From contig JBEUKZ010000078.1 of assembly GCA_048128005.1 (NCBI GenBank), forward strand, positions 124,001 to 188,000: a stretch of 64,000 bases of DNA. The letters are read 5' to 3'. Positions 27,403 to 39,400 of this stretch are shown piece by piece. Below the pieces are notes generated by a model that had not been told where the DNA came from, ran no database searches, and saw nothing but the letters and a program-made list of their open reading frames with translations. Origin of the DNA: Veleropilina oligotropha (taxonomy: Eukaryota). A program made the position numbers and the translations under genes. The number at the start of each line of letters is the position of its first letter. Position 1 is the first letter of the stretch.

Positions 27403-27438
27403 ATGCAGGAAGAGAAATCATATCCAGAATTCCGAAAG
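27403..27438 (+). CDS. Myosin exon (putative first coding exon, [12 protein letters not shown])
   Basis: Preceded by a ttacag acceptor and followed by an AAG|gtaggt donor; phase 0 joins GMPVYAAE. Confidence 0.6.
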
Positions 27439-30400
27439 GTAGGTTTTTCTTGAATCTCAATTAATATCAATATACTAATTATATGTAGTTACAAACATAC
27501 TTACGTCCTTACTCTTGCCATAATAGTCATATTATCGCTAACCGGAAACAGTGAATAAAGTCACATTTAGGCACTATTAAGTCAAAAACGTACCACGATT
27601 ACCTCCCCTGCTCCCGCTCTCCAAGTTCCCCCGGCGAGATCTCGCCAAGTCTCGCGAGATATCCGAGCTCGAGATCACAAGACCTCAATTCAAAGTTTTC
27701 CGCCGAGACGGAAAGACGTGTTTTTGCTCCGCAAATATTTCGAAGTCTACGATTTATATGTTTAAATCGAGGACGCTATATCGCTTATATACATGAAGAT
27801 AATATAAGTTGGGGAATTACACTGTGTTGTGGATACTAAACACAAGTGAATAAGGAGGATTGTGATTCTAAAGCTTCGAGGAAGTTCTGAAAATCAGTGA
27901 AACCGACATCGCCGCTGTTGCAGGGAAAAGCATGGCCGCTCAGAGGGGAAGTTTCGTGTAATAGAAGAAATTTCTGGTCGGTATTTTATCTGATATTGTT
28001 TGAGACTGCAAACAGGTAACTCATTATATTGGATAATTCCTTAACGACGCTATTGCTGGTTATTATTGTATAAAAATTCTAGCGTCGTTAATAGGCAGGA
28101 TCGTTTTGATATCACGCTTGCGTTTTTCTGATATCCTGCCGTTTCTGGGATAATACGCCATTGTACTAACATAAAAACATCCACGAGGTTTTCAGGTGTT
28201 TTCTGGGCGGTTTTTTCTAAGAAAGAACCCCCGTTTGTCTGGTCAATTTGCCGGGTTACCGGGTCGTGTCGGGTAAATACCCGACCTCGGTGTTCCCAGT
28301 TCGGGGTTTTTTGCGGTATATTGCTTGATCTTTGATCTTCAGATCAGGGCAATTCTGTGAGTTGTCGTAGTAAAAGTCACAACTACCATATATATACCTA
28401 TTTACCTACCCCGTTTACCCACTACCTCCCTCCCGTGTATTCAGCTATGGTCCGGTGCAGTAGCTCCGGGTGTAACCAGAAAATTCACGGGTTTGATAAG
28501 CACACGGAATGCCGTATTCACCGTAGTTGTAGTCGTAAACTTCAATGTGATTTGTGCATTCTTTTATCAGAGAAGCAGTGGGCGGTTCTATCCAACCCGG
28601 GTAAGTCGACCAGGGCGACTGCTACGGTGGGCCCTAATCCAGAGAAGGGTCTGGAAAAGGGGCTGATTGAAGAGACTGGTAAGTTAAGGGATAATTCTTC
28701 TTTGTCTGCTTCAGGGGCCAGGGACGACAGCCGACGTAGGGCTCCGTCTGTCGTCGGATCTACCGGCAAAACCTCCGCGACTCTTGGGGGAGTCACCGAA
28801 CCCTTGCCGGGACCCCAGATTCAGGTAAAGGCCCGAGTGCCGACCCTTACTCCTCGACCGGGCCTAGTAGCTGCAGCCAACCATACCTTGCCGGCTAGCA
28901 AGGTATATCTGGCAGCGCAGCGAACAGCTGAACAGGGCAGATGATCCCCTTCCTATTCTTCGGCCTCGAAGAATCAGGGGCCAGTTAGTCCTTCTGCGGG
29001 AAACTCTCCGTCTAGCGACGGGGACAGACTCAATGCAGAGAAAGCCTTTAAAGAGGCCGGGCACCGTTTCGAAGGTCTAAGATCCGGACAATCGGCGACA
29101 CCTGAATCCTCGATCGAGAACGACGCGACTACCCCTAAGGGTTTTCCGCTCAACCTCGAAGCTCACGAGACATTCAGAGGGCCCGTTCTTTCCCGTGCAC
29201 CCACGATGGTCACGCTAGAGAACGTGGACAGACCGGGGTTCTACGGCGGTTTTCCGACCGTGCCTCTCCCGAACAGAGTGGTAGACCGATCTGAACTGTT
29301 GCCGCAGTTCTATCGGTCGTCCGGCCCACTGACTGCGCCTTCGGGCCAGCCCTTCGGGTTCGACCCCTCGACAAGTGCCCTAGGACCCTGGTCCTCGGCC
29401 CCACCTGTCTATGCAGCCCGTCTACCTAGCGCCACGGTTTCCTCGACTGAACTACCGGCTGTTAGTTCGACGCCCGTCCTGCCTCAGGGTTTCTCTTTGG
29501 AGAACGTCCAGGCATGGATCGCGGCGGGGATCGAGGAACGGTGTAAGGCCTGGCCGACGGCTCCCCAGCCGCGCCTGGTACCTACACATCTGCCCATGGC
29601 GCAGAGCACGGCTCCTGCCTCCGTGATGGAGATCGACCCTCGTTCCGACGAGGACCTCGGTTCCAATCACACCGACCTCCCTGAATCGGTCGGGCCCGAA
29701 GACGTTAGTCTTTCAGGCACGCAGGAGCCGACCTCCTCCACCCGCCGAAGGCTCGACGCCATTGCGTCACTTCGCGGGGTGCTTGGCTTGTCGGAACCGA
29801 CTCGGTCGGCCGTAGATGTAGTCAAGCACAGGACGGCAGCACATCGGTTTGTTGCGAGGGAAGCCCCCGAGCTCCCCTCCTTACCTCAGTCTGGGCTGGT
29901 TGATCTGGTGGTCGACTCGACAACCAAGCTCATTCAGGGGCGCAATCCGGTGGAGTCCTCCCCGCTGACCGAGTTCCCTTCGGGGTTCCGTAGTGGGAGG
30001 TACCTCCGGGCCAGTTCGCGAGCGATCCCGTTCGCCTGTACTGGTCCGTGCCTGGCGACTGAGCCGGCTCATGTAGACGCTTCGTTGCGTCGACTGATCG
30101 CCAGTCACACTCCCTCCGTAGCGAAAGTTCCTTGGTCCGCCTTGGAAGCTTTCGAGAGCGCCGCCCGACGGGCTCTACGGCTATCGTCTGTTCAGGATTT
30201 TTTCTTGGACGGCGCGATAGCCGTACTACAGGAGGATGGACCCGGCGCCCCCGAGGCTGCCCTGTCCTTCCTCCAGGAGGTTGCTGCCGCACAGGAGACC
30301 AGCGCGTTGGAGACGGGACGTGTCCTGGGCAATGCACTCCTACTTCGTAGGGATGCTTGCCTGGAAGGCACCTCGCTAGACGAGGCCACCCGGCGCTTGT

Positions 30401-33400
30401 TGCGATGCGTGCCTTGCTCGGCCACCACTCTCTTTGGTGACAACTTTTCGGAGTTCGTTGACAAGAGAGCGGCGGACATGAAGGACCGTGCCATCGAGAA
30501 GGCGGTACTGCACCCCGTTCGGGGTCCACCTGCCGACTCGAGGAAGCGATCAGGGCCCACCCGGGCCCCGAAGCCTTCTAAGCGTGCGAAGCCCTCTTCG
30601 GGTGGTAGGCCTCCGGCCAATAAACCCACTCCAAAGAGGCAAGCACCTCCAGCGAAATCCCGTAAGCAGAGCGGGAGAGGGAAGCCTCGGCCCTAGGGCT
30701 GCCGGCATTCGCGACGGTCCCAGTTGCCCGCTTCCGCCGGTGGGAGCGTGCCTGTTAGCGCACAGCCAGTCGTGGCTGGAGCTGACAGACAGCAACTGGG
30801 TCCACTTAGTCGTGAGGGCCGGATACAAGTTGGCATTCAACCGGCATCCGACCTTAACCGAGGCACCACCATCAAGACACGCTCGCCTCCTAAACGGAGA
30901 GAAACAAGCGGTCTTAGACCAGGCAGTGTGGGATTTGCTCCTAAAAAGAGCGATATATCCCGCGCCGCCCAGCACACCAGGATTTTACAGCCATTTCTTC
31001 CTGGTCCCGAAACCCGATGGCCGCTGGCGACCGATCCTCGATCTCTCGTATCTCAACCGATATCTTCGTACCGAGAAATTCCAGCAAGAAACCCTCTCGA
31101 AGATTCGAGCGGCCATCCGTCCGGGCGACTGGGCAGCGTCTATCGATCTGACCGACGCGTATCTGCATGTCCCGATGCATGTCACGGCTCATCAGTACCT
31201 TCGGTTTATACACGGGGAGACGATCTACCAATTCAGGTGCCTACCGTTCGGTCTATCGTCAGCCCCTTACGTCTTCACGAGAACAGTACAGGCCCTAGGG
31301 GCCTTCCTACACTCTCTAGGGCACAGGGTACATATGTACCTCGACGACTGGCTGATCCTCGGGGCATCCCGGGATCTGTGCCTCCGGTCTACGAGCTTTA
31401 CCCTGTCATCGACGAAGCGCCTGGGATTTCAGATCAACGAGACAAAATCCTGCTTCGTACCCTCGACGACGTTTACGTTCCTCGGAGTCGACTTCGATAC
31501 GGTCCGGTACACCGCGAAGCCGACCCAGAAGCGTATGCGGAACCTACGCGCGGTTATCCAAGACACCCTGTCATCGGACATAACTACGGCGCGACAACTG
31601 GCCACTGTCCTGGGGCACATCGAGTCGGTAGCGACCCTGCTACCGACAGGTCGCATGGACAAACGACCGTTACAACAGGCGTTCAGGGATCGCTGGATAC
31701 AACGGACGGGGCAGTGGACGGATCGCATCGATCTACGGCATTGGTTTACCAGCACAACAGCAGTGTGGTTGAACCCTGCTTTGCCGGACCAGTCGGTTCC
31801 TATATCCCCGCCAGAGCCGAACGCTTACCTGTTCACAGACGCTTCGAACGACGGCTGGGGCGGTCACCTCGACAGTTACGAGACATCAGGCCTATGGCCG
31901 ACGGACCTTCAGGGACGACATATCAACTTCCTAGAGTTAGAAGCCGTCTACCTGTCAGTACGGTCCCTCTCGTCACATCTCCGCAACAAGCACATAATGC
32001 TCGCCACGGACAACACGACTGTCGTCGCTTACATCCAGCACCAGGGCGGCACTCGCTCGCGTCCCCTTTTCGACCGAGCAATAGACCTACACCGCCTAGT
32101 GATGTCCCTCAACTCGACGATTCGAGCCCGACACATCCCGGGAAAGCTGAATGTCAGAGCGGATTCGCTCTCTCGGAAATCACAGATAATACACACAGAG
32201 TGGACGCTACACAGCCGAGTAGCTCGGGACGTTTGCCGCCGGTGGTCGCAACCCCAAGTCGATCTGTTTGCAACAGAGTTCAATTACCGACTACCTCTGT
32301 ATGTCTCCCCGTACCCGGACCCGGCCGCCCTAGCGGTCGACGCACTGTCAATGACATGGGAGAATCTGTCCGCATATGCCTTCCCCCCGTCGTGCATTCT
32401 ATCACTGGTATTACAGAAGGCATCGAACGAACGTTGCGAGATAACGCTAATAGCGCCCCTGTATCGCACGCAACCTTGGTTTCCGACCCTCCTCGATCTG
32501 ATCGTCGATCGACCGTTAGCGCTACCGCAGAAACTAGACCTGTTAATGCAGCCGCGCTCCCGTGTACTACACCCATCGCCGAACGACTTACGTTTACACG
32601 CCTGGCGGTTATCGAACGATCCCTTGCTAAGAAAGGATTTTCTCACGCAACAGCCCTACGCATCTATCGATCGAGAAGGATTTCCACGACAAAAGTTTAT
32701 GACTACCGATGGGTCAAGTACGTGGATTGGTGTCACAGCAGGCAGGTCAATATACTCCGTCCCCCTGTGAACAAGTTTATCGAGTTTTTATCGTCGCTCT
32801 TTGCACGCGGTATGTCAGTGTCCGCCGTCAAAGGCTATCGGGCTACGGTCGCGACCACGTTAAAACAGTGCCGTGCCCATGTAGGCCTATCAAGCGACCG
32901 AACGATTTCGGATTTTATACGATCCTACGAACTCGAGATGCCGACCCGAACCATTAAGCCACCTGCCTGGAATATCGTACTTATCCTTAACGCTCTACTC
33001 TTACCTCCGTATGAGCCGATGTCCACGGTAACCATGAGGAACTTAACGCACAAAACGGTTTTTCTGATCGCCTTAGCGTCGGGCAGGCGTTGTTCCGAGA
33101 TTCATAGTTTATCCGCCGAGCTACGAGATATTCGATTCCAGTCAGACGGGTCGGTGATGCTGCGTCCAATCTTGGGCTTTCTAGCCAAGAACCAACGGCC
33201 GAACGAGGACGCACCCGATATTATTATCCCCAAGCTTACGCTAGTCGGAAGGCACGATGCAGACCGGTTAAATTGTCCCGTGCGAGCGCTTCGCTTCTAC
33301 CTCGACAGAACCCGTGATATGCGGCAAGGAAAATTACGTTTATTCATTTCGTATTTACCTACTTATACCCGTGACATTACGAAGACAACTGTTTCACGGT

Positions 33401-36400
33401 GGATTTCACAGGCAGTGACAGATGTATACCTCCGCTGTGAAGAAGTAGACCGCACTATTTTATCGGTCCGCGCGCATGAAGTGCGTGCAATTGCTGCGTC
33501 TATTGCCTTCCGACACAGTTTAAATATAACTGCGTTGCTTCAGGCAGGTTACTGGAAGAATGCAAATGTCTTCGTCAAGCATTATCTGCGGGATTATTCA
33601 ACTGGTGCTGATGGCTTGAGCAGCTTACAGTGTGTTGCTGCTCAACGATGTATTGTTAGACCGAGGTCGTCTAATCAGTGAGTATTGTATCTTGATTGAT
33701 CAATTTACATAATTTTATTTGTTGGCCTAGCTGTTCTATGAAATAGACACATATGAGGCGTTTCAATGTATGTTCATTTCTTAAAAACATTTTAAGATTT
33801 TGTACTTCATGTCATACCTGAGATATTGACAAGCCAGATTACATTGAATTTAATAAAACAATTATATTGCGACAATCTTAAAGGATTTAAGGTTCAATAT
33901 TATTGATGTTCTATGCTGTAATCGAACATACGATGTTCAATACATTGAAAAAAATTTAATATTTGCTTCCTTAAAATTTATTTTAAGTAACATGTCGTTC
34001 ATATGTGCTGCCTTAAATTTATTTTAAGTGACATTTCGTACATGTTAGCGTTTCGCAAGTTGGTCATGCGAATCACTTTTAATATCGATTATTTATTTAA
34101 TCTATTAATTCTTTGCTTTTGATTTGATGCTTTCACAACCTGTTAGGTTTCGTGTGCTTACAAATCCGACTGCATCCTCTGGCTACCGGCCTTCGGCCAG
34201 GAGTACCATTTGGCTGCCACTGGCCCATGACACGTAAGACCTACAGGGATCCATCCTTCCGGCCGTGCCTGGGGCTGATTGCACTTCCGTTCACCTCGTC
34301 CGACTAACACCACGGCGTATTCTCCCGGTAACACTGGTCAAAATTCTCGCTTGGTAAGAGTTGAATATAATTCTCAGTAAATTCCACTCTGGGCGGACTC
34401 AATCGACGCTTCGAGCTGATTGACTTGGTGAAAAGTAAGTCATTATCTTGTTTGGGTTTGTAAGGAACTTCTTACCCACCTATCCAAGGTTATTCTGGCA
34501 AGAGTAAGGACGTAAGTATGTTTGTAACTACATATGAGGTTTTTAAGTAAACCTAATATTAGTTAAAACATACTTACGTCCTTACCACGATTACCCACCC
34601 TGCGTTTCGCATTCCTCCCCTCTACTAAGTTCCTTTGGGGTTCTGAACTTTGAATTGAGGTCTTGTGATCTCGAGCTCGGATATCTCGCGAGACTTGGCG
34701 AGATCTCGCCGGGGGAACTTGGAGAGCGGGAGCAGGGGAGGTAATCGTGGTACGTTTTTGACTTAATAGTGCCTAAATGTGACTTTATTCACTGTTTCCG
34801 GTTAGCGATAATATGACTATTATGGCAAGAGTAAGGACGTAAGTATGTTTTAACTAATATTAGGTTTACTTAAAAACCTCATTTTTGTCAGATCATTTAA
34901 GCTTTTTCTTCTCTTTTATTTCATTAGTTTGAATTGGAGTTATGTGGTCATATTATCGTTTATGTTAAGGTCGGGATGTACTCTAAAATCCACTCCACTC
35001 ATTCGAGTTACTATTTAAACTAATAAAAATGGACGGTTGCTGCTTAAAAAACAGTTATCCGTTCATCGAAAGGAGGCTTTAAACTGAAAGTCCAACTCGG
35101 ATAAGACTGAAAAATGGTCGTAAAACTAACCTGATTCACATCACATCAATATATAGTTAAATCTCTTAAAGACCAGGAAAAGTGAACCCCTGGTCGAAAA
35201 TCTCGCCCAGATATTAGGGGCGTGGCCTTACATTGGTGGGTATTCAAGCTTGTCTGTTAAGTCTGGAGGTGATAATTGCTCTAACACCTAAAAACACACT
35301 TCGTAATTATATTTCTGTTGATTAATCATGTGTCAGCCAATCATATGTTGTCATGTCGATGTGGTCTAATTGGCTTCCAAGTCAGAAATGAGCTGATCAC
35401 TGACTGGCCCCTTTTATAGGGGCAGTCAGGCCTTTAATGACATGTCGACATATGATTGGTTGACAAATGGTTGAAACTACATAAATCCAAGTATGAAGTG
35501 TGTTTTTGTTAAATTTTTACAGCAATTATCACCTCCAGACTTCAGAAGCAACCTTGAATAGCCGACGACGTAAGGTCATGCCCCTAACGCATGAGCAAGA
35601 CATGTGACCACGGGGTCACTTTTCCTGGCATTTAAATGGGTTGATTTCGTAAATAAAATGATTTAAATCAATACATAATGGTAATAATGATTTAATAGAT
35701 AAAATGATCTTGTTCTTGACATGTCTTTATAAAAAAGTTGGATTTTGATTGCAGTCCTGTTGTTGACCCAGATTATAAATATATTTCCTCCAGGGAATGC
35801 CTGTGTATGCTGCAGAAGATGAAACAGTTTGGGATGAAGGCATGGTCACCGACATCGATGAAGAAGCTATCGAGGTTACCCTGACAAATGGGAAGGTATG
35901 TACCGGTACATGTACAAGTTATCTGAAATGAAACAGGCAAGAATTTTAATTTTGTTGGAAAGCGCTTTTAATCTATCGTAATGTAACGTAATAATAATTG
36001 TAATATAGTTGACTGTTCATGACTCAAACATTTGCTGTGAAAATAGGTGTATTGCCTGGCTTAAACTATTATAAAAATATATTATGCATCTTTTACTATA
36101 CATACATATAAAGCGGCCACCTAGATTTTTTTGAGACAAATCTTTTTTGTCAAACTGCTGTCAGAGTAAATTGGTATTATTATAATGATCATTGTACTCC
36201 AGGACAATGGTCACGTATACTATGGTTTTGTCGCCATAGCCTCCTCCGCATTCGCTGACACTTCTTGTGTGCGCTCCACAGTCAACAGTTATAATGCAAT
36301 GTGCTTCAAATTTGATATGCATATTAATTATCATAACTAAGCTTATGATGATGCCAAGACACAAACGATTTTGGTACGCCACTCGAGTTGGTAGTACATG

Positions 36401-39400
36401 TAGTGCTTAGTTGCTACTATTTATATAAGGTATTTGTGCATTATCATTACCATTAAAAGATTTATCTACATCTTCCACACACTATTTTTCCTCTGGAAAA
36501 AGATTTATTATTGCTGCTGATGCACATAATGTTTATATTTTATACAGGTTATCTCGAGATCAAAGAATTGTGTTATCTTGAGGCCAGATGCTGATCTACG
36601 TCGGGAGAATAAGCTGACAAACTTGAGTCCAATCAACGCTGCAACCGGTAGGCAGTTAGAGGTGTTGAAGAGACACCTTCGCAATCTAGTTCTGGCAGTG
36701 TTGTTCTATTATACTACCCCGACTGCACTAATTCAGCAATGTGGGTTCGACACACAATTATGGAAAACACTTCTGGGTAGTTCATAAACAGTTTGTGCTG
36801 CCGTGTCTCAGTGGTAGTGCACTGGCCTCTCGTGTAGATGTTTGGGGTTCAATCCCTGATCCCGGCGAATTCCTTTGGGCAAGGAATTAAGCATATATGT
36901 GCCTCGGTTTCATCCAGCCAATCTGAGATCGAATTGGGTTCCTGGTTGGCTATAATGGAATTGTCAGAATGACTGGTCAAGTGCCTGACAGGAATGTACT
37001 TGACCGTAATACTCTCAGAGAGAGTTGAGATGGAATATTAAGCAAACAGGCCAATAACCAGTGGATAATAATGATATGAGTGCTTTGAACATGCATCAGT
37101 GTGGGGGAAAGGGCAATTTAAGATAAATCTTCCCAATTATTATAAATGGGTAGGTTTACCCAGATATCATTGGATTTCCTGCTGTGATCATACATTGATT
37201 GCAATACGAATATAACCAAATAGTGAAAGCAGGCAATAAACTCTTAATTCAAATCAATTCCTAGCACATAGCATTAACGTAGATTTTGGCAATGTGTTAA
37301 TATAATTTGATGCACGTTTGTATGTCGTCACTATTTCAGTTTTGCATTGTCTGCGGCGGCGATTTGAGGACGAGATCTACTATACAGATGCCGGCAGCAC
37401 GATCGTGGCGGTGAATCCATTCCATGAGGTGCCGTCACTCTACAGCTTTCAGGCTATTCTAGATCATCATACGGGTAGAGAGGTAAGCATCTTGCTTTAG
37501 ACTGTTATAACCAAATCTGAAATCATGATGTTGTTGAAGGCACCATTGTCTCTGAATACCGAAGTAAAGCAATGTTGAGTTTCACCACTATTTGACTAGA
37601 TCGTTATCTGACGGGGTGCTGCAGAAAAGAACATCTGCTCGGATAGAAGTACAATGTGATTGAAAACTGTTTAAATGTTGTAAAATTAAGCTGATTCCAT
37701 GTTTCGATAAGTCTAAATTATTATCTAACTCCATGATATGTTACATATAATATATAAATATATCAATTTTTAGCGTGTGTATGTAAGTAAGTAAACAGTT
37801 TTATATGTAGCATTTAAATGGTACAGTCCAATGGCTTAGATATTTTTATAAGCACAAAATTGAATTCATTTAATAGATACCTGGTTCATGTACTTATACA
37901 TATTAATTTACATGTATATTAATGAATCTATATTGTTATGTGTCATCTAGACATTTATCATTACATTATTCATTTTACGTATTAGGACTGTGCACCGCAT
38001 ATTTACGGGATAGCGGAAACATCTTATCGGTCACTGGTCGGTCAACATGGCAAAGTGAATCAGTCAATTATCGTCAGTGGAGAAAGTGGAGCCGGAAAGG
38101 TGAGTGTCCACTCTTGTTGGGATTTGCAACTGGGAAGATGATATATTCTAATGTGTGGAGCCATGAATATGAGATAAATGTCATAGTCTTGTGGAAATTG
38201 ACTTTATAGGAGCATTTTGGAGTACATACAATGTATTATTGGTGATTTTGGTACAATAGACCATACATAACGCAAATTCGCTTGATGACACTGTCATCCT
38301 TGAGCAATTTTTTTTATGGGAAAAATTCAAAATGGCTGCCCCCAAAATCGATTTTCGAGATCTGATTTTGGTGCCTAAACTTAAGTTTTAAGGGTCTACG
38401 AATCCACTGGTGCACATAAATATACCTATATGATATCTCATCCCTGAGCCTAAATTTTCATATTGGAGCAAAATTCAAAATGGTCGCCACAGAATTAGAT
38501 TTTTGATTATAAGTTCGCCCAAAATTGACATATGGACCTGATTTTGGCGTAAATCTGCCCTTTTCAACCAGTCACGGACAACTGTGATTCATAACTTGAA
38601 CAAATGTGTGATGCCTCAGCTGGTGGTCGAACCCATTACTGTTCGTGTCATTGGAATCAAGTCAGTGATTTTCGGAATCCACAACCGTATCACTTTACTG
38701 TCGAAGCGGCCTACACAGTACAGTATATGTTTTAAGGGTCTAGAAATTGACTGGAGCGCACCAATATATTCCTGTATAACCTTCAATTTTTAAAGCACAC
38801 GTGATAACATCGCCCAATATGGTGATGATATAGGTCAATATTAGGGAATATTTACATACAACCAAAAACATACAATGTTCTAATTTCATCATGTAAGAAT
38901 AAAAGCTCAGCTGTTTTTTTAAAACACATGCACAAGACCTGAAACAGATATGCGTGTGGTAACACATATCATATGTTATATGACTTTAATATTATACAGT
39001 TCAGTTCATGCGCCTTCATCTCAGCAACATCGGCGGTGAGTAATAATTAGCACTTCATACACTCTACCAAAGCTGTTTTTTGGTCCCGGTTTTGACGTTA
39101 GTGGCGGCCCAGTCTAACGTTTAAATTATAGAAGGCGTATGTCCCAGATGTCGGTCAGATCGGAGTGCGACCTTAAACCAGGTGTCCCGACTGCAATACG
39201 GTTAAAAATTGCCGAAATCGCAGTAAAAAGTTGCCAACCAACAAATTATCTTCATCAAATAGAGCAGATGAATTTGTTTGCTCATAACACGACAGCAGCA
39301 GAAGGCTGAACATGACAGTCTTGCTGCAGAATAGTTACACATGGCTGCCGGACAAGGTCGGGAGGAACTGCAGCTACATCTGATCATCTTTCGGTAACTA

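Larger units (their letters stand above)
27481..34882 (+). mobile_element. Full-length DIRS1-type tyrosine-recombinase retrotransposon (~7.4 kb) in myosin intron
   Basis: Inverted terminal repeats 27493-27697 / 34646-34850 that look identical by eye, a right-end extension to 34882, an internal complementary region at 34496-34585, and gag, RT-RNaseH-MT and YR ORFs. GC-rich relative to the flanks. Confidence 0.96.

Noticed and set aside
28542..33214. Numerous short antisense and alternate-frame ORFs inside DIRS
   Set aside because: Expected from GC-rich dual-coding sequence; no independent motifs.
34881..34895. Empty DIRS site resembling a branch point + acceptor (ctaat...ttttgtcag)
   Set aside because: The downstream sequence gives no plausible myosin peptide, and exon 27438 joins 35794 in frame without it.
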